Below, piece by piece: positions 24,644-25,150 of a DNA stretch of 25,150 nucleotides. Under the pieces are notes generated by a model. It did not search any database. It was not told the origin of the DNA and saw only the letters and a program-made list of their open reading frames with translations. Position numbers and translations under genes: made by a program. Numbering within the stretch: position 1 is the stretch's first letter; the number at the start of each line of letters is the position of its first letter. The stretch is from Bacteroidales bacterium. GTDB lineage: Bacteria > Bacteroidota > Bacteroidia > Bacteroidales > Tenuifilaceae. The stretch lies in assembly GCA_016931855.1 (NCBI GenBank), contig JAFGDZ010000041.1, positions 1 to 25,150 of the forward strand, read 5' to 3'.

Positions 24644-25150
24644 CTATGCCTCTTCTACTATAGCAAACCTAGCGTCCTCTTCCATTAGGTTGTAAACGGC
24701 TTGGGGGCTAAGCTGCCACCAGTAATCAAAATCAAAAAGCCATGCTATATACTCGCTACAGTACATTCTCTTTCCTGCATTTTTCTTCCCTCTGCCATGC
24801 CATTTCCCTGTTAATATATAAATGGGTTGCCATACAATAAGGCTAAGGAAATCATAAGGCGTTGAGCCAATTTTGCTAACGGCTTTAATCCTTATCTCTG
24901 TAGTAAACTCCTTGGGTCTGTGTACTCTGTAGCTATACGTGTACTTACGGTTCCATTCATCAATGGGTCGTAGGTTAATGCCGTCCTTTTGAGCGTCAAT
25001 AATAAACAGTTCATCCCATACCTCAATGGCCAATGCTGTGTGGTTAACCCTTCCCTTGGTGAACGTTCTAATAATTCTGCTTAGCAGCCTGTCGGCGGTG
25101 CAGTGCAGCACATCGCCGCTTTGTAAAAGTTCCTTGCTAAGTGTTTTCAT
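24644..25150 (-). CDS. Permuted NlpC/P60 (YiiX/YebB-like) family hydrolase
   Basis: 168 aa; LLQSGDVLHCTADRLLSRIIRTFTKGRVNHTALAIE and RMYCSEYIAWLFD; start codon lies at the window edge. Confidence 0.7.
   Translation of the reverse strand: MKTLSKELLQSGDVLHCTADRLLSRIIRTFTKGRVNHTALAIEVWDELFIIDAQKDGINLRPIDEWNRKYTYSYRVHRPKEFTTEIRIKAVSKIGSTPYDFLSLIVWQPIYILTGKWHGRGKKNAGKRMYCSEYIAWLFDFDYWWQLSPQAVYNLMEEDARFAIVEEA

Noticed and set aside
1-25150. Search for CRISPR arrays, tRNA/rRNA, transposases, integrases, toxin-antitoxin or known defence genes
   Set aside because: No regularly spaced repeats, no tRNA-like cloverleaf noticed, and no ORF with such family motifs.

Overview
Chromosomal window from a Bacteroidetes-like bacterium, judged from protein style, TAnnTTTG-type -7 motifs, and FecI/FecR/TonB and DUF architecture. 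From left to right: (1) rhodanese and small Cys/His-rich protein, DUF1801 protein, AlkD-like DNA alkylation repair protein; (2) CrcB plus DUF190 pair; (3) an arsenic operon arsR-arsC-arsM-acr3 (+), preceded by a good dyad and closed by a strong terminator; (4) a minus-strand ECF sigma / outer-membrane-like protein / FecR / TonB receptor operon; (5) two minus-strand accessory genes; (6) a DEAD-box-like helicase, an AraC-type membrane regulator, a CPBP protease and a second TonB-receptor-like protein paralogous to the first; (7) a structured non-coding, probably repetitive block at about 18.52-18.95 kb; (8) minus-strand sigma/membrane protein, MarC, DUF3999, DUF2339 and NlpC/P60-like genes. No rRNA, tRNA, CRISPR, transposase or phage genes were seen. 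I found no convincing new defence or mobile system. The best leads are the recurrent Cys/His-rich tails around the arsenic region, the extra outer-membrane gene inside the sigma/FecR/TonB operon with a hairpin leader, the two related receptors under different regulators, and the structured block at 18.5-18.95 kb whose right side appears to form the end of a small membrane ORF.
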